DNA from: Saccostrea cucullata | Lineage: Eukaryota | Direction of reading: 5' to 3' | NCBI RefSeq assembly: GCF_032062105.1 | Contig: NW_026936671.1 | Coordinates: 558,001 to 622,000 of the forward strand | DNA length: 64,000 nt | Position numbers and translations under genes: made by a program | Notes under the pieces: generated by a model | What the model saw: only the letters and a program-made list of their open reading frames with translations | Databases searched by the model: none | Told to the model about the DNA's origin: nothing | In this document: one piece after another, positions 61,310-64,000 of the stretch | Layout: each line of letters opens with the position of its first letter | Position numbering within the stretch: position 1 is the stretch's first letter

Positions 61310-61313
<4 letters not shown>

Positions 61314-61376
<63 letters not shown>

Positions 61377-61382
61377 AGAGAG
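61314..61382. repeat. (GA)n microsatellite
   Basis: About 34 GA units with one interruption. Confidence 0.95.
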
Positions 61383-62723
61383 TAGATTATCTTGAAAGCA
61401 AAAATTAATTATTGTGCAAATATTTTTTAAAAAATAATCGAAATCTGCCCAAACTCGAAATTCCAAAGCATTATTTCTTGTTGGGGAGGGGGTGGGGTCC
61501 ACAAGCAAATGCTGGATTTTCTTCCTAATAAAGGGCATTTCGTATTTTCCATTTCTGGTCCAGAATTTCTCAAAATCAAAAGGTTGTCACCACTTTATTG
61601 AATTCTTGCACTCTTCAAATGTATTAAAGATCTCTTCAAATAAATACAATTCTAACTATATGTACTTGAGTTTATTTTAATTTGATCCTGTGTACATTTG
61701 ACAACATATCTTTCTTAGATGAACCTACCCCAAGGCTTGTTTGAATTTTTTTCACAGATTATATTTATGACACTTAATTATTTATCATGATTATATACAG
61801 TGGTGTATCATAGGAATAGATCGATAAAACCTCAAAATAATCCTACCACACCCAAAATACCCTGTTATACATTTTACGAAATGGCTAATTTTTTCTTTCA
61901 AGCTACTAAATTTTGATATAAAATTGCTAATTTTCAGAGATTTATAATTTGTTTCAAATAAAAAAAATGGGTGAAATTTTAATCCATAGTTTACAGATAG
62001 AGATGTAGATGAAGCATAATTAAGGTTAAATATTTACAAGAATATACTCAGTAATCGTATGTCATAATGGTGGGTCCTGCATTTTGCTTTAAAGTTTAAA
62101 TCTACACCAGACTTTAAACAGAACAACTGAAAGATGTGCTCAGTCAAGCATTAATCTAAATACAAATAAAACAACTGTATGACCACCTTAGAGAAACATG
62201 AATTCAAAATTAATTTACACAAATCTGACTCTAGTATATATAACTGTAAATCATCATATGTAGTGAAAACATCATAAGAAAGATGGACTTAGATTGGTTC
62301 GGTGAGTGCAAGTAAATCTGGCATAGGTTAACTGTGGGGAAAGAAGGGGGGGGGGTAATTCAGACTTATATATGATCAGGATTGGGGCATACATTTTTAT
62401 GTGAGTTTACCCCCACCCCACCCTTTCAATTTGCTTCTGAGGAGTAAATTCAAACAGATTTACCTGAATCCACAAACTTAAGTGATGATTGACAAATCAT
62501 GTCATAATGCATGAATATTGTCGTATAGAAAAGTTGGAACTCTGTTAACTGAAACTTCAATAAAAAATGACTGAAATACTAAGCTCATTCTAGATGTTAT
62601 AGAAAATTGGACCAGAATTGAATTTAAAAACTACATATGTTCATCTTTGAAATTCATGCAGGTTTGACTGTAATTTCTAAAAGCAGAATATCTGTTTAAT
62701 TTTTTAGATTGCCTTCTGCCAGA

Positions 62724-64000
62724 ATGAGTCAGAGTACCAGTAAAGGTACTGGTCAACACTACGTAGAATGTGCCACATGCAACTGTTACAATTATTCCAG
62801 TCACTACTGCAACACCTGCCACCAGCGGATGTGTGAGCAATGCCGAGACGATCATCTCAAGGAAAGGGGGCATGGAAAACATGAAGTTGTACTGTACCAG
62901 GATAGGATAAAAGAATTGCCTTCTGAAAAATGCAGCATCCACCCCACACGGGTCTTGGAGCTCTTTTGTAGTGAGTGCCAAGCTCCTATCTGTTCCAAAT
63001 GTTTTACCACAGATCATATTGGTCACCAAGTACGTGACCTAGAGGTTGTATACAATGAAAGTCTACAAAAAAGCCAGAAAGAGTTGATCAAGATTCGCGA
63101 CAATGTCTTCCCTCGATCTGTAGAAAATCTTCAGTCTCAGAGAGAAAGAACTGAAGACATCAAAAAGAAAATAGCTCAGACAAGATTATCCATGAAGAAA
63201 AGTGCTGATGAGATTAAGGCGACATTGGATTGCATACTGGCTGATAATAATGCCAGACTTGATATAATGGAGAAGGTGGTGTTAGATGAAGTGGTAGACC
63301 AAGGAAAGAAATCAGAAGAGTACATCTCCTATTTACAGAAACTTATCAAGGACTATGACATAGAGATGCGATCAAGTAAACCATCAGAAGTTATCAAATT
63401 CTGTAAAGAGATGGCCAATGTTCCAATTTTAAAGATTCCAGAAGCACATCAACCTGTTTCTATAGAGTTTACAAAAGGTAAAATCAGAAAGGAGGAGATA
63501 GAGAAGCAATTTGGAGAAATCAGTCAGAGTAAACAAAAGATTCCCAAAAGAGAAGAAAAAGAAAGTGTACAAACCACCCAACCACCAATATCCACAACAG
63601 CAAGTCAGCAAATTGGAAATGTTTCCATCAATGTTAAAAAAGAGACAGAGATAAATATCCGTTTTCATTTGAGTTCTCTATTTCATATATCACCCTTACC
63701 ATTTCAAAAATTCTGGGCAAGCGATGACAAAGGAAACTTAATCCAGGCTGACATGAAGGGAAATATCCTTCAGAAAATATCCACTAATTTAAATAACAAC
63801 GGCTACCATACGACAACATCCGAAGGGGAACTACTTTATACAGATACTTTTCATAGAGCCATTTACAGAGTCGGCAGTGCAAAGAAAACCACGACTCTTA
63901 TAACCACTGCTGACTGGGAACCCTACTCCATCTACTCCTCTCGTCTAAATGGAGACATTCTGGTGGGGATGATGAAAGACAACACGTGTAAACTAACCAG
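62724..64000 (+). CDS. RING-less TRIM-like protein (B-box1, B-box2, coiled coil, probable NHL-like beta-propeller); 3' partial
   Basis: Acceptor tttttag ends at 62707 and the ATG is at 62724. The reading begins MSQSTSKGTGQHYVECATCNCYNYSSHYCNTCHQRMCEQCRDDHL..HEVV..CSIHPTRVLELFCSECQAPICSKCFTTDHIGH, then heptad-rich helices, then propeller-type repeats (WASDDKGNLIQ, GELLYTD, NGDILVG). It appears open to the window end, which explains its absence from the ORF track. Confidence 0.88.
   Translation, partial: MSQSTSKGTGQHYVECATCNCYNYSSHYCNTCHQRMCEQCRDDHLKERGHGKHEVVLYQDRIKELPSEKCSIHPTRVLELFCSECQAPICSKCFTTDHIGHQVRDLEVVYNESLQKSQKELIKIRDNVFPRSVENLQSQRERTEDIKKKIAQTRLSMKKSADEIKATLDCILADNNARLDIMEKVVLDEVVDQGKKSEEYISYLQKLIKDYDIEMRSSKPSEVIKFCKEMANVPILKIPEAHQPVSIEFTKGKIRKEEIEKQFGEISQSKQKIPKREEKESVQTTQPPISTTASQQIGNVSINVKKETEINIRFHLSSLFHISPLPFQKFWASDDKGNLIQADMKGNILQKISTNLNNNGYHTTTSEGELLYTDTFHRAIYRVGSAKKTTTLITTADWEPYSIYSSRLNGDILVGMMKDNTCKLT

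Overview
AT-rich, intron-rich animal DNA, almost certainly an oyster (Crassostrea/Magallana), judged from a ~166-bp Cg170-like satellite carried in a Helentron-type element, oyster-type MITEs and a RING-less B-box gene. I reconstructed six genes by hand, arranged as three divergent pairs: WDHD1/AND-1/Ctf4 (-, 3' end runs off the left edge) with a SOCS4/5-type gene (+); DDX52/Rok1 (-) with RRP15 (+); and KIZ/kizuna (-) with a B-box/B-box/coiled-coil/propeller TRIM-like gene (+, runs off the right edge). The dominant accessory feature is a 9.3-kb Ty3/Gypsy-type LTR element in WDHD1 intron 3, built as LTR-internal-LTR-internal-LTR. It has one 4-bp TSD, a tRNA-Leu PBS, a PPT, a frameshifted gag, a protease relic and no recognisable RT/RNase H/integrase. 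It also has a candidate intron from the LTR to the gag ATG that would remove the PBS. Other highlights: the WDHD1-SOCS head-to-head pair matches human WDHD1-SOCS4; a DDX52 minisatellite copies a splice donor but disables it in every copy; and an IS3EU-like element carries a copy of a nearby KIZ splice junction. All exon models and sequence comparisons were made by eye; no database searches were run.
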